Source: Octopus bimaculoides
Lineage: Eukaryota
DNA: 39,456 bases
Direction: 5' to 3'
NCBI RefSeq assembly: GCF_001194135.2
Contig: NC_068982.1
Location: 178,472,699-178,512,154, forward strand
Positions 10,202 through 22,143 of this stretch are shown here, one piece after another. The translations under genes and the position numbers were made by a program. The notes beneath the pieces were generated by a model. The model made no database searches. It was not told the DNA's origin and saw only the letters and a program-made list of their open reading frames with translations. Within the stretch, counting starts at the first letter, position 1. Each line of letters starts with the position of its first letter.

Positions 10202-11657
10202 AGTATGTAACTTATATAACCAACAAATAATAATAATTTTTTTAATGTCAAATCCTTCCATGATTTAAAGAAAAATCAAGCATTGTTTGGGTGTTATTTC
10301 TGAAATTATCCGAACGAAGGGGATCCAACAAACTTGTCGTTTGAACTCAAGCATAGAAAGGAGTGGGGATTCTACATTAAGTCTCCATTGACTTTGGTCT
10401 CTAATTAGGTCAAATCCAAAGCAGATTTCCAATCAGCCTATGTTGACTCTGGGCTGTTTGACAATATTTCATGGATTTCGCGGAATATTCACGAGGTTTG
10501 CCTTCCAAAACTACATGCGGTTAGCCTTTTTAAAAACATATACAGGAACGGTATCAGTAATAGAACTGTATCAATTATAATTGCTTTCGTATACGATAAG
10601 AGATTTTTTAGGAAGCATTTCTTTTATTTTTAAGCATTACTGTCAATATCCCAACAGATAACAGGTAGAGAAACCAGCAAAAAGTACCTTAATGAACCTG
10701 AAACAAACAGTTACATACTGCCATGTTTTTATCTCAACTGTTATTTGAAATTTCTTGTGTATTGTGCTAACATTATTTCAGAATTTTCCAAATGTTTAAT
10801 AAGATACAGAAAATAAAACAGATATGTCGATATATTAACATTCACATAAGAAAAAATACGATTCTAAATAAAGATTTTGATCTTTCTAGACATATATACA
10901 CTATGAAACATTACATACCTCTAACCACTTCAGGAGATCTATATTTTCAAGTTATGTGGATTCTAAACCTAAGCCGATTTGTATATTTGTATGAAAGTAT
11001 GAATTCACATCTAAAGGGGACATCAAGAAAGTGAATAAAAAATTTTCAACATATAATGTATACGTTCATATTCTTATAATATCCGATAGACAGCAATTTT
11101 AAATGAAGACAGTAAAATATATCCATTTATTCATTTATTCAATCAAACAGTTATTTGACGTAGCCTTTAGCTAGTGTGATTCATATAGATAGATAGGTAT
11201 TTTATTTCATTGTCAAAGATATTACATTACAAAATTATAGTTTACAATAATAAGATCTCGATTCAAAAGTATATTATTTTGGTTGTGTATAGAATTAATT
11301 GGGAAAGAAAACTACAAATCTGAAAAGCAAAATATTGACAGTTGAACACAAATACTGATGCGTATAAAGATATTAGGTAATCAATAGATAATGTTATTTT
11401 AGCGAGTACAATGAAGTAAAAGGGAATACCGTAGGAAAAATTGTTGATCATTCAAAGAAACTCAGTTTAATGATGTAGAGTAGATGAATAACGGACTTCT
11501 TTTACCCAAAGCATGCACAGATGATTTGATCATTTATATATATATATATGTATATATGTGCGTATATATATGAAGTTATAGTATTTTAGGGTAGGTGAAA
11601 AAGATGTGGCTTTATATATATANNNNNNNNNNNNNNNNNNNNNNNNNNNNNNNNNNN

Positions 11658-11695
<38 letters not shown>

Positions 11696-12414
11696 CAAAG
11701 TTACAGAAAGGAAAAGACGAATGCAGACGAGGGAACAATAAGCAGGTGTATTAGTTTGACACTCGGGAAGAATGGAAAAGTCTTTGTCGTTTCGAGAGAA
11801 AGGGATGAGAAGGGGAAAATAGAGAGAGAACGAAAAAAACGGAGAGAAGAAAACGTGTAGGGATTTGCGGTTTAACATATGCATAATATAACATAATATA
11901 CACATAGCAAAAATAAGGTAAGAGAAATATCCTGGAATGGCTAATTGCATGTAAAAGAACAACAGACAAATACAAGTTTATGAAATACCATACAAACTTA
12001 GTCACGATTTATTAACTTCATCTCCGCCGTTTAACGATTGAGACCAGCTCCATATGTGAAGGGGAGATAATATCAAGAAACAAGAATTCTCTAAAGGTGA
12101 TATGTCATTGAAGGAAAAGACAAGTTTATTGTCTGGAAATACGAGGACACTGTACACTATTATATGTCATCAATACGACTATGTCCTACCCTATCTCCAG
12201 TAGCTAAAAGATACAGGCATAGGCAAAAAGAGTAGAATACTTTGTCTAGACACTTTGTATAAATTAAACAAGAATGAGCTGAGAGAAATAATTCAGAGTA
12301 GGCAGTTATGAACAATTATGAACAGCATAGAGCATACCATGCAACATAAATTAATGATTTATTAAGATTATTTCCACAATATGATGATTACGATACATGT
12401 CTAAGAAATTGTTA

Positions 12415-13173
12415 GAGAAACCATTGAGCAGGCGGATTTCCAAGATATAAATCCCCAGATCATCACAGATCCTCCTCCATGTTTAACAGTTGGAAGAAGG
12501 CATTTTGGGTCAAATGCTTCTTTTGGCTGTCTTCACACGTATACTCGGCCGGAGGTCGGAAATAAGATAAAGGATGATTCGTCCGAGAAAATAACATTCT
12601 TCTACTGATCTTGGGACCAATTCTGTAGGTTTTTACTCCATTCTAAACGCTTTGCGACATTTATTTTTGAAAGTAGTGATTTTCTGATTGCAGCCCTCTC
12701 GTGAAATTCGGCTTTGTGCTGATCCCGGCGAACAGTTTTTATGGAAACTGGGTTCTCGGGATGGTCAATAAGCTCTGCAGTAATTTTTGGAGCTGTACTT
12801 TTGTGATCCTTTCTAATAATTCGCGTAAGTGTCAGACGGTCACTGTCTGAAAGTTTTGGTTTTCTTCCGGAGTTTTGTTTCGAGGTTTTTCTCTCTTTCT
12901 TAAAGGCTGTCATTACTTTCGAGACAGTACTCCCTGATACACCAAACATTTCGGCTGTTTTCGTTACACTAGTGCTTGCCATACGAGCACCAACAATTTC
13001 ACCTCTTAGAAAGTCCGATAGATCTGTAATTCTAATTACTTTTTTCTGATGATATCTGAAAAGAAACAGCAATTTTAGCAAAACATATTAAGCAATACTA
13101 ATAATAAATCAAACAACAGAAAAATAAACAAGCTTTTGAGGGTTTTATGGATATTTCAAAATAATGATGCTAT
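12415..13173 (-). mobile_element. Tc1-family transposase pseudogene (paired-like HTH, GRKPK linker, first catalytic Asp; 3' truncated)
   Basis: ORF 12602-13081 reads DLSDFLRGEIVGARMA..SVTKTAEMFGVS..SGRKPKLS..AELI..VSIKTVRR..KRLEW. It continues through two Trp-to-stop changes as Q*KNVIFSDESSF..GRVYV*RQPKEAFDPKCLLPTVKHGGGSVMIWG. The 5' end runs into an N-gap; the second D and the E are not present. Confidence 0.93.
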
Positions 13174-13265
13174 NNNNNNNNNNNNNNNNNNNNNNNNNNN
13201 NNNNNNNNNNNNNNNNNNNNNNNNNNNNNNNNNNNNNNNNNNNNNNNNNNNNNNNNNNNNNNNNN

Positions 13266-13304
<39 letters not shown>
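13266..13304. repeat. (TG)n microsatellite abutting an assembly gap
   Basis: Directly visible. Confidence 0.97.
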
Positions 13305-13306
<2 letters not shown>

Positions 13307-14628
13307 TATTAATGTAAACATGTTATTCCTACAAAATTAACTGAAATATAAACGAATTACATATAATTTATTGAAATTGGGAAGCGTTCCATGTATTGAG
13401 CATAATACTAGAGCTAGGTTTTATCAGAAGTAGTTATAGACTGAAAATACTCTCATTGTTTCTTTAAAATGTATTAAAAAAATGCTTTTACATTAATAGA
13501 CCAGTTAAAAGATCATGAAACAATATTATTAGTTTAAATAAAATTCAGTTAATAATTTATACAGGCATATTTATGCAGTTTAACATGTCCTACTATAAGG
13601 TACGCAAAAATGGCAAGTTAATTTTTTTTCAATAAGCATTACTAATTGTTAAGACTTGTCTAAGCTAGGGTTGGAAAACACAACCCTGATTCCAAAACTT
13701 GCTCGTTAGTCCTCGGCATTAGCAACAATAGCCTATATAAAGAAACATGTAGTAAAATACTAAAACATTTAATGAGTTTGTTAGTTCATGGCAGGAGAAA
13801 AAGTCTTCGTTTGAGCATTAAGATTATTGCTTCTTGAACCGTACTTAAAAGAAAATATTCGTTAGATCATAAAATGAGTTTTAAATTACCGTCAAAGACG
13901 AGCTCTTAGAAAAACATTAAGGAACCAGATAGAATTTAGGGATAGTTTTCTTTTTATGTTATACTATTGTCTAATGTCGTCGACAGAGCAATCTTTGGCT
14001 GAAAACCATATTATCAGGAAACTAAATCTTGTATTAATGGGGTATAAAAGAGAACAAAAACTGGTAATTGTGAGGAGGGGGTAAAACTATATAGAATATC
14101 AATATTTGAGCAAGCTATTACTCTTTATATAAATTTGACCTGTGGTATAGGGAAATTACATGGATAGAGCACAAAGTAGTTTGCTTGTCTAATCTTTTCG
14201 GTTCATTTTATTTGGAAGCACAGAACACTGCTTAAAATGTATATAGTATTAAAGCAATTTTGACAAAAAAATATATTGAGTTGAAACTGTGAGGAAATTG
14301 TAACAGCAACCTTAGAAATCTGGCTTGTTATACATAGTTTCAAGCAACAATTTTAACTATCAAATGTGAGACCTCCATTGACTTTGTAAGTGAGCATAAA
14401 AAAGTTTTTCTCATTCCATTCCTGTTGAGAGGAAATTAATTTTTTTTAGAGAAATAATGCAATCCCTACATCGTTTTGTGTAGAAATAAGCGTTTCAGTA
14501 ATTAATAACGCCTCAGTCAAGTTGCAACAAAAACCGTATGCCACCGCATTAAATTCTTTACGATATTTAATTTCATCTTAATTTCAAGTTCAAATCTAGC
14601 CGGTTTTCATATTACATTTATTATTAGA

Positions 14629-14783
14629 CTGCGGCCATCCTGGGGCATCGCCTTCAAGAATTTTTTTCAAAATAATTGACCCCAGTGCTTATATCCTTAA
14701 AGCCGTATAATATTCCATCAGTCTCTTTTGCTGAACCACAAAGTTACGGGTATGTAAACATACCTACACCGATTGTCAAGATG
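14629..14783 (-). mobile_element. Fragment of another abundant interspersed SINE-type repeat (family D)
   Basis: CTGCGGCCATCCTGGGGCATCGCC..GACCCCAG..TCAGTCTCTTTTGCTGAACCACAAAGTTACGGG..GATTGTCAAG resembles a repeat body I recall from Octopus. No tRNA head is present here, so the strand is inferred. Confidence 0.6.
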
Positions 14784-14839
14784 TAGTGAGAGACATACAT
14801 GCATATATATATGCATATATGCTTACTGCTGTTGCTTCA

Positions 14840-15838
14840 TGCTTTTGCTTGATGGGCTGGGGTCATTCCAGGTTAGCAGTCCCAGAGACGTCATCATGCA
14901 TATAACCAATCTGGTTCACCAATGCTCCATCGCTGGTGGTCCCGTGCATTATCCAAGGTGACTTCGAGTTTCTGGAGAACTTCCCCAATCATGTCCAGCC
15001 ATCTGGTGCGAGGCCTGCCACAAGGCCTCTTTCAGCCTGCAGTTGCTACTGCGAATGAGATTAAAACCCTGGTAGGATGATCTAACGGGAGATGGAGGAC
15101 ATGTGCGTACCAGCGAATCCGACGGATAGCTACGGGGTGGGAGGCTGCAGGCTGATGCGTGCGTGCATGTAATTCTTTGTTAGAAATGTGATGGTACCAC
15201 CTGATGCTCTCGATGGTTGTCAGGGTTCTGCTATCGAAATCGTCGATTCTTTTTGCCAGGGTTTTCGAGAACGGCCGTGTTTCTGTTCCATAGAGGAGAA
15301 TAGAGAAGGCCGATGCGTTGCAGATGCGGAGCTTCGTCTTCCAGCAGGTTGAGCACTGGCACCAATAGGGCTTCCATGGGAAGTACATGACCCCGGTGGT
15401 CAGACTACATATACGGATGGAGCCCAAGTAAATGAAGGAGCTAACAAACTGTACGGCGTCAGGGCCAATATGGAGAGGGGAGAGTCTGGGCCATCTCCGA
15501 CATGCATCAGCTTGGTCTTCGCCAAACTCACCGGAAGACCAAGCTTTGCTGATTCTTCTCTGTATATAATCAGTGAATCTTTGAACTGCTTGATCGAGTT
15601 GCTGAATAGGGTGGTATCATCCGCATACTCGAGGTCGGTAACGCGGTAGTTACCGAAGGTAATACCAGAGACGTACTTACAGATCTTGGTCATCAGATAA
15701 TCGATGACACAGGTGAAGAGTTCGGGAGCAGTCACGCAGCCCTGGCTGACCCCAGCGTTGAATCCTGTTGAATCCGGTCAGAATCCTCTCGGCACTGCTA
15801 TAGAGAGGCATGTGTGGTCGACTATGTATCCCACTGGA
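14840..15838 (-). mobile_element. RTE-clade LINE, 5'-truncated RT pseudogene
   Basis: FNAGVSQGCVTAPELFTCVIDYLM..DLEYADDTTLF..KLGLPVSLAKTKLM, then FIYLGS, KTKLRICNASAFSILLYGTET, RRIRWYAHVLHLP and G*KRPCGRPRTRWLD. These are RTE-type RT and C-terminal motifs, with frameshifts. Confidence 0.92.
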
Positions 15839-15844
15839 GAAATA

Positions 15845-15923
15845 TGCATACATACATACATACATACATACATACATACATACATACATACATACATACA
15901 TACTACACACACACAAGTACACA

Positions 15924-15986
<63 letters not shown>

Positions 15987-15996
15987 GACACACACA
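15845..15996. repeat. (CATA)n and (CA)n compound microsatellite
   Basis: Directly visible; source of the YIHT, HT and CV repeat ORFs. Confidence 0.97.
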
Positions 15997-16000
15997 TGTA

Positions 16001-16651
16001 TAAAGAGGAAGTCGAAAATTTTCCGCACTTTCGCCATAACATATCTTTATTATTGTCGCAATGCCTTCTGCGCATGCATGCTTATAGTTGGTATTATTGT
16101 GGTCCCGTAATCGACGTGCGAGCCTGATCGCGCTGTTTTTTATCTCTGGCTTTACAGTCTAAGCATGGCCGCTCCACTAACAATGTGCACCCAAGAAGAA
16201 CAAAGAGCAGTGATCTGAGAGATGGTAACGGTGAACCGATTCACCGTTAATCTCTCTCGCGCTGGCTGAATCTTCTCGTCAGTGGTGGAGGTTGACAGGC
16301 TTCCTACTCGTTCTTCGTGCACCACTTTTAAACTTGTCCAGCCACTTTTATACTTCTCGATCTACTAATACACACCTCTAATCGGTAGTGCACTGTCTCC
16401 ATATTGTGGTAAAAGCCTCCGATGAATTTCAGCATCAGACACACCTTTCCGATCAGAGAAATAAGTTCACTGCTAGTGGAGTGGCTATACTTACACTGTA
16501 AAGCCAGAAAGAAAAATGGCGCGATCAGTCTCAAACTTCGATCACCTGACCACAATAGTACCAACTATAAGCACGCATGCGCAGAAGGCAGTGTGGCAAT
16601 AATAAAGATATGTTATGGCGAAAGTGCGGATAATCTTTGACTTCCCCCCTA
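16001..16651. mobile_element. Mariner-derived palindromic (fold-back) non-autonomous element made of two inverted 5' halves
   Basis: About 185-bp inverted arms (roughly 85% identical by hand) starting at TA-flanked ..GGAAGTC.AA.ATT.TCCGCACTTTCG. The left arm encodes MAAPLTMCTQEEQRAVI*EMVTVNR (ATG 16165). The right arm (minus) encodes IATPLAV..KGVSDAEIHRRLLPQYGDSALPIRGVY**IEKYKSGWTS..STSTTDEKIQPARE, a mariner N-terminus. Confidence 0.88.
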
Positions 16652-17537
16652 TATATATNNNNNNNNNNNNNNNNNNNNNNNNNNNNNNNNNNNNNNNNNN
16701 NNNNNNNNNNNNNNNNNNNNNNNNNNNNNNNNNNNNNNNNNNNNNNNNNNNNNNNNATATATATATATATATAATTTTAAGACCCAAAGATCTAAGTGTA
16801 GGAAGTTTGTCAGCTTTGAGCAGTCCGTAGTAGGTCGAAGGTTGTAGGCTTTCCCATCTCCAAGTTCGATGAGCTGAGAAAATTTTTTTATAGCTCCAGG
16901 TTAGCCACTAGAGTTGCTATGAATGTGAATAAAAGTCCTAAATGAAAGAGTGGAACGGGTGAAATTCAAGCTACATATGTCTCCTAGCTGGCGGATTCTC
17001 TGATGCAATAATTACTCAACGAGGGATATTCTGTTAACTCCTCATCAGGTCGAAGGTACCTTAATTGTATGAAGGTTACATTGTCGTTAAGCAATCCCGA
17101 GTTAACTCACTGCAGATACACACACATACACACACACTTGCACAGTCTTGAACGTGCAGTTGCGTATGCATATTTATTTTTTTCACATAACTAGAAATTC
17201 GTTCTGTCGTTTCTCAGAATCTATCACTTTGCATTCTCTTCAGTTATAAAAGCAACAAAGTGAAGGAGCAACTTCCATTAAACACAGTAATGTATTGTTT
17301 TCTAACATTAGCACATGTCCCCTAAAGACAGTAATATATTAATTTCATTCTTCTTTTGTTTGAGCATTCGATTTGTATACACACATTAATATGTGTGTGT
17401 ATATGTGTATATGTGTATGCATGTGTGTGGGAGAGTGTGCATGTATGTGTATGATGGCGAGAAAGAGTGTGGAAAGTACAGTTAAGCTTGAAAACGAGAA
17501 ATCATTTTATGTTTCTAGAGTATAGTATTCTTGTGAG

Positions 17538-17925
17538 GTGGAGGCGCAATGGCCCAGTGGTTAGGGCAGCAGACTCGCGGTCATAGGATCGCGGTTTCGA
17601 TTCCCAGACCGGGCGTTATGAGTGTTTATTGAGCGAAAATACCTAAAAGCTCCACGAGGCTCCGGCAGGGGATAGTGGCGAACCCTGCTGTACTCTTTCA
17701 CCACAACTTTCTCACTCTTACTTCCTGTTTCTGTTGTGCCTGTAATTCAAAGGGTCAGCCTTGTCACACTGTGTCACGCTGAATATCCTCGAGAACTATG
17801 TTAAGGGTACACGTGTCTGTGGAGTGCTCAGCCACTTGCACGTTAATTTCACGAGAAGGCCGTTCCGTTGATCGGATCAACTGGAACACTCGACGTCGTA
17901 AGCGACGGAGTGCCAACAACAACAA
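17538..17925 (+). mobile_element. Full-length tRNA-derived SINE, family B, with (CAA)n tail and 12-bp target-site duplication
   Basis: A box TGGCCCAGTGG, B box GGTTTCGATTCCC, tail CCAACAACAACAA. TATTCTTGTGAG is repeated exactly at 17526-17537 and 17926-17937. Confidence 0.93.
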
Positions 17926-17984
17926 TATTCTTGTGAGACTTGATATTTATTAAAGATCGTCATTTTCCTTTTATAAAATGCAGT

Positions 17985-18019
17985 ATCGATCGATCGATCG
18001 ATCCATCCATCCATCCATC

Positions 18020-18051
<32 letters not shown>

Positions 18052-18070
18052 GTCTATCTATCTGTCTGTC
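17985..18070. repeat. Compound tetranucleotide array (ATCG)n-(ATCC)n-(ATCT)n-(GTCT)n
   Basis: Directly visible. Confidence 0.95.
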
Positions 18071-18829
18071 TAACTTCTCCCAGTATTTTATAGTTACCGA
18101 ATTTTCGTTACAGAATTTATGTTCCACTGTTGTACCTATTTTACTGCATTTGACAATTAAACAGATTGGTCATAAATCACAGTAGCGGGATAAAAATATT
18201 GACTGTTACTGTCTCAGTTGCTTGTTCTGGTAGTTTATCGATATAATCATGTATACTTTGACTGTCGTTCTTTGATTATAATTGATTCCCATCTAGATTA
18301 ACCACATTTCCTCAATTTATTATCGTTGTGCAGTAATGATATTAAACACTAAAGGAACCTTGCGTATCCTACTTAGTAATGAAATCGCAGGATAATAAAA
18401 TGGTTTCTTATTAATGATGTTAAAAACTTAAATTGAAATTTAATATTTCAAAGTACATGGTTGAATCTACATTCATTGGGAAGAAATGACACATTCTAAT
18501 TGCTGAAATTATTTCAAGATATTCAAAGTGATAAACAGCATAAGGTTTGACAGACTAAGATTGAATAATAAAGTTGCAACATGATCATTAAGAGGAGAAT
18601 TAATATAGTTTCGAAGCAAACTCTATGATATGATAAAAATAGAAAAGTGCTTAATGATTTCAGTTTTGCGTCTCTGGTTTTTGAATAAAGATCTTGCCAA
18701 AAAGGACTTTGTCTGTCATGCCTCTTTAGAGTATGAAGTATTTCTGTTACATTGAAATAAACTGTCTTAACGACAAACTCCATGACAAGGAAACATTATT
18801 TATAACTATCACCTCTTCCAGCGATTTCT

Positions 18830-19848
18830 TATCAGCAGGAGAAACACTTTATGGCGTCTGAGATTCTAACAATCCTAGACGAATTACGGTTGTACCATTA
18901 AAAATAATAGCACTACCAAAGACACCAAGGCCAAATTTAATAACTGGCTGAAGGTCACTTGATAAAAGCCAGATATTCAGAAGGTTCAAAGTATAGTGCT
19001 TCCAGTATGGCATCATAATCAGACTGGAATGACAACCATTTTGCTTAATGATTTTAGTATTATTCGGCTGTAGGCAATGGAGAATCTGTGCAGTAAATTC
19101 GTGCGAATGTGGTTGGGCGTTCTCGCAACTTTTAGCTCCGCTAATCTGTACAGGAAGATCTTTAAGCTGCACCTATCAATTTCATTAGCGTGGACGAGTG
19201 TTCAAGACCATCAAGAAAAGAGCTATCAGCTTCTACCTGAGGTTGAGAGACTAACACACACCAAAAAGGCTATAAATTGCGAAAGAAAGTGAAGCCTTAG
19301 GAAGCTGCGAAGGAAGTGGAAACCTATTGGACGCACCAGAAGATTGTTGGAGTGCTCTGTCAAGCACAGCTAGGGCTTTGCAACAACAGTGCCAAGGAAG
19401 AGTAATTAAACACAAGGCAAAAAGCAAGAGAGAGAGAGCTCATAACGCTAAGGATCTGTGAATCAATAGCGGAAGATCGCTGTGTGAAGACAGTAGTGCT
19501 TGCCTATCAGGGATAATGGATATAGTGGGACCAGACACTAGAACACCCACCGTCCTGGAGGGAACTCTGACTAGGAAAAATATCCTTCTTCCTGCGTGCA
19601 GCCGCTGACCGCTTGCCAACCTGAATCAACATTTTAAAATGGAGCAAAGAGGAAGACTCATCCTGCAAGCAGTATGGAGCAACCCTCTGCATCCTGAACC
19701 ACATTCTGTGCAGATGCACTAGAACATTGGAAATAAGTCGATAATGTTGAGTAACGTTAAGGTCCCTGTAGAAATCATCAAATAGACAAACATGCAAAGA
19801 GTTAAGGCTAATAAACAACATCCACCACTACACAAGGGTATCAGATTC
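18830..19848 (+). mobile_element. Hero-like RLE non-LTR retrotransposon fragment (RT thumb to CCHC zinc knuckle), heavily decayed
   Basis: Across frameshifts: NNWLKV(I)DKSQIFRRFKV*CFQYGII..AMENLCSKFVRMWLGV..FSSANLY; RKKVKP*EAAKEVETYWTHQKIVGVLCQAQLGL; EDRCVKTVVLAYQG*WI*WDQ; ISFFLRAAADRLPT*INILKWSKEEDSSCKQYGATLCILNHILCRC. Clade assignment is from recalled motifs. Confidence 0.8.
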
Positions 19849-20193
19849 CCAATGTCTATCAACAAAGCACACGGTCAATTTCTAAAGGTGGTGGGACTTA
19901 ACTTCCTTCAACCATGCTTCTCACATGGTCAGCTGTACATTGGATGTTCTAGAGTTGGAGATGAAAAGAACCTCTACATTCTCCGTGATAAACATGATAA
20001 GACAGAAAACATAGTTTATGAAGAAGCACTTACATGAATAGTATGTGCATGTAATGTACAGAAGTGTAAAACCATTGAGTGTTAAAAGTAAGTATTACTT
20101 TCTGAGAAATACACTAATCTTACACTACAAGCAAAGAGTACTGTGTTAAGGCTATGAGTTTATAACCCGAGTGAAACCGGGTCCTTCTGCTTG
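19849..20193 (+). mobile_element. Helitron 3' end: C-terminal PIF1-type helicase motifs, subterminal hairpin and CTRR-like terminus
   Basis: MSINKAHGQFLKVVGLNFLQPCFSHGQLYIGCSRVG..NLYIL..KTENIVYEEAL* matches the Helitron helicase end (TINKSQGQ..FSHGQLYVA.SRV..T.NIVY.E.L). Hairpin ACCCG-AGTGAAAC-CGGGT at 20165-20182; CTTG at 20190-20193 followed by T. Confidence 0.92.
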
Positions 20194-21626
20194 TATATGC
20201 ATAAATTACAATACTTGAATTTCATTTATTGAATTTCTTTATGTATGAATATATGAACGCAAGTATGTATGCATGCTGCTCGTTTGTATATTTTCGCTTT
20301 TGGATGTTGCTTGATTAATGTATCAGTTCAGCAACACCCATCTCTCAGTCTGTCTCACTTCCTGCCAGTGTAATTATTTTGTTTAAATTTTCATAACGCA
20401 GTGTATACACTGGAAATAGCAATTTGTATGAAAAATTAATGACCATCTTAAAGTTACAAAAAATAATTAACAATTAAAAACTTCCACGAAGAAACATTGA
20501 TCCTGAGGCGAAAAATGAGAATATAGAAATGAGAAAAGTTGAAGCTGTTCAGGACTGCAAACAAAATTAAAGATTAAAAACTACTGAATTGTAAATCTAT
20601 TTTTTCTTCATATACTTTTAGCTGTAAGAAGACCAATTCAAGTTATTGGCCATGCATGAAGTCTGTGTCTGTAAAAGCTCTATAGGAAAACGAAAAATGA
20701 TTTTATCCCGCAGACAATAAATAAATGCATAAAAATAATTAAAAAAATAGATAGTTCTAGTAAGAATTAAAAAAGAACCAAAAATGTTACGGTGAGATAA
20801 ACTGAAAATGTATATATTATTAAAATACAAATCTTATCTTGAAATGAATGAAAATATTGAAGTGGAAACTTGAAACTTCACCAAAACTAGTTTGCCAGGG
20901 GATTGTCTACATGACAAAGTAAAAAGAGAAACAGAAAAAATAAACATCACGTAGAGAGATATGGATTAAACGAAGACAGCAATGTGGTGAAGAAGCGAGG
21001 TGAAATATGTATAACATGTTTAAAATACATTGTCATTAAAAAGTTTGGTTTCAGATAGTTGGTTAACACATCACTTAATATTTTAACAGAAATGTTACTG
21101 ATTTTACGAGACCCGACAGTATCATGGAAGAAAGAAGTTAAAGGTCTGGAAGAAAAGAGCAAATTTTACAAGAAACGCAGCACACTAATTCATATACCAA
21201 TGCATAGCGTCGCGACAATGTTAAGAGTAATGGCTGCCTAACCATAGTCAAGTTAGGCGGAACGCAGTACGAGCCACGCCATCATTCTGAAATGCAGAAG
21301 AAGATAATAGATTGCAAAAACAAAACATGATAATATATCTTAGAGAACATGTAAATTAGAAAATTTTGGGTGATCTGAATTCCCTAGTACATGTAATGTA
21401 TAAATAGTCTTTGAAAACTTAACTATTAAATTAAAACGTGGTCATCATCACAATTGGTGTAACTGCAATAATGTATAATAATTTCAGTAAATGCATGAAA
21501 AGAATATCTTTTATCGAAACCGAAAAAAAGCCAATAATCGAAACAAAACAAAATAAAACGAAACGGCAGATTAGAGTTCGGAGAGATTTGAAATAGATGA
21601 TATACTGCACCTTCATTTGCAATCAC

Positions 21627-21643
21627 ACTACTACTACTACTAT

Positions 21644-21709
<66 letters not shown>

Positions 21710-21711
21710 CA
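21627..21711. repeat. (CTA)n grading into (CCA)n microsatellite
   Basis: Directly visible. Confidence 0.97.
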
Positions 21712-21712
21712 T

Positions 21713-22045
21713 GTGAACACGCGTGGCTCAGTGGTTAGGGTGTTCAGCTCACGATCGTAAGGTCGTAACTTCAATTCCCGGCGACGCATTGTGTCCTTGA
21801 GCAAGACACTTTATTTCACGTTGCTTCAGTCCACTCAGCTGGCAAAAATGAGCAGTACCTGTATTTCAAAGTGGCCAGCCTTGTCCACATTCTGTGTCAC
21901 ACTGAATCTCCCTGAGAACTAAGTTAAGGGTACACGTGTCTGTGGAGTGCTCAGCCACTTGCACGTTAATTTCATGAGCGAGCTGTTCCGTTGATCGCAT
22001 CAGTTGGGACCGTCATCGTCGTAACCGACGGAATGCTCCTTTTAA
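21713..22045 (+). mobile_element. tRNA-derived SINE with a family-A-type central domain and a family-B-type 3' body
   Basis: A box TGGCTCAGTGG and B-box-like ACTTCAATTCCC. GTGTCCTTGAGCAAGACACTTTATTTCAC..CAGTCCACTCAGCTG is shared with 7279 and 8637. GTTAAGGGTACACGTGTCTGTGGAGTGCTCAGCCACTTGCACGTTAATTTCA is shared exactly with 17538. Confidence 0.9.
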
Positions 22046-22048
22046 AAA

Positions 22049-22049
<1 letters not shown>

Positions 22050-22090
<41 letters not shown>

Positions 22091-22100
22091 NNNNNNNNNN

Positions 22101-22142
<42 letters not shown>
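22050..22142. repeat. (CTA)n microsatellite with an internal 10-N gap; possibly the (TAG)n tail of a minus-strand retroelement
   Basis: The repeat is directly visible. On the minus strand it is immediately preceded by CCAATAAAA, which resembles a polyadenylation signal. Confidence 0.8.

Positions 22143-22143
<1 letters not shown>

Noticed and set aside
12000-12410. Protein-like plus-strand reading (..RILCLDTLYKLNKNELREIIQSRQL..) next to the Tc1 break
   Set aside because: Interrupted by stops, with no family motif I can identify.
17016-17053. Minus-strand CTGATGA with flanking TCGAC/GTTGA and GAGG/CCTC pairing (hammerhead-like)
   Set aside because: No GAAA or stem III and no PLE context. The heptamer is expected several times by chance in 79 kb of both strands.
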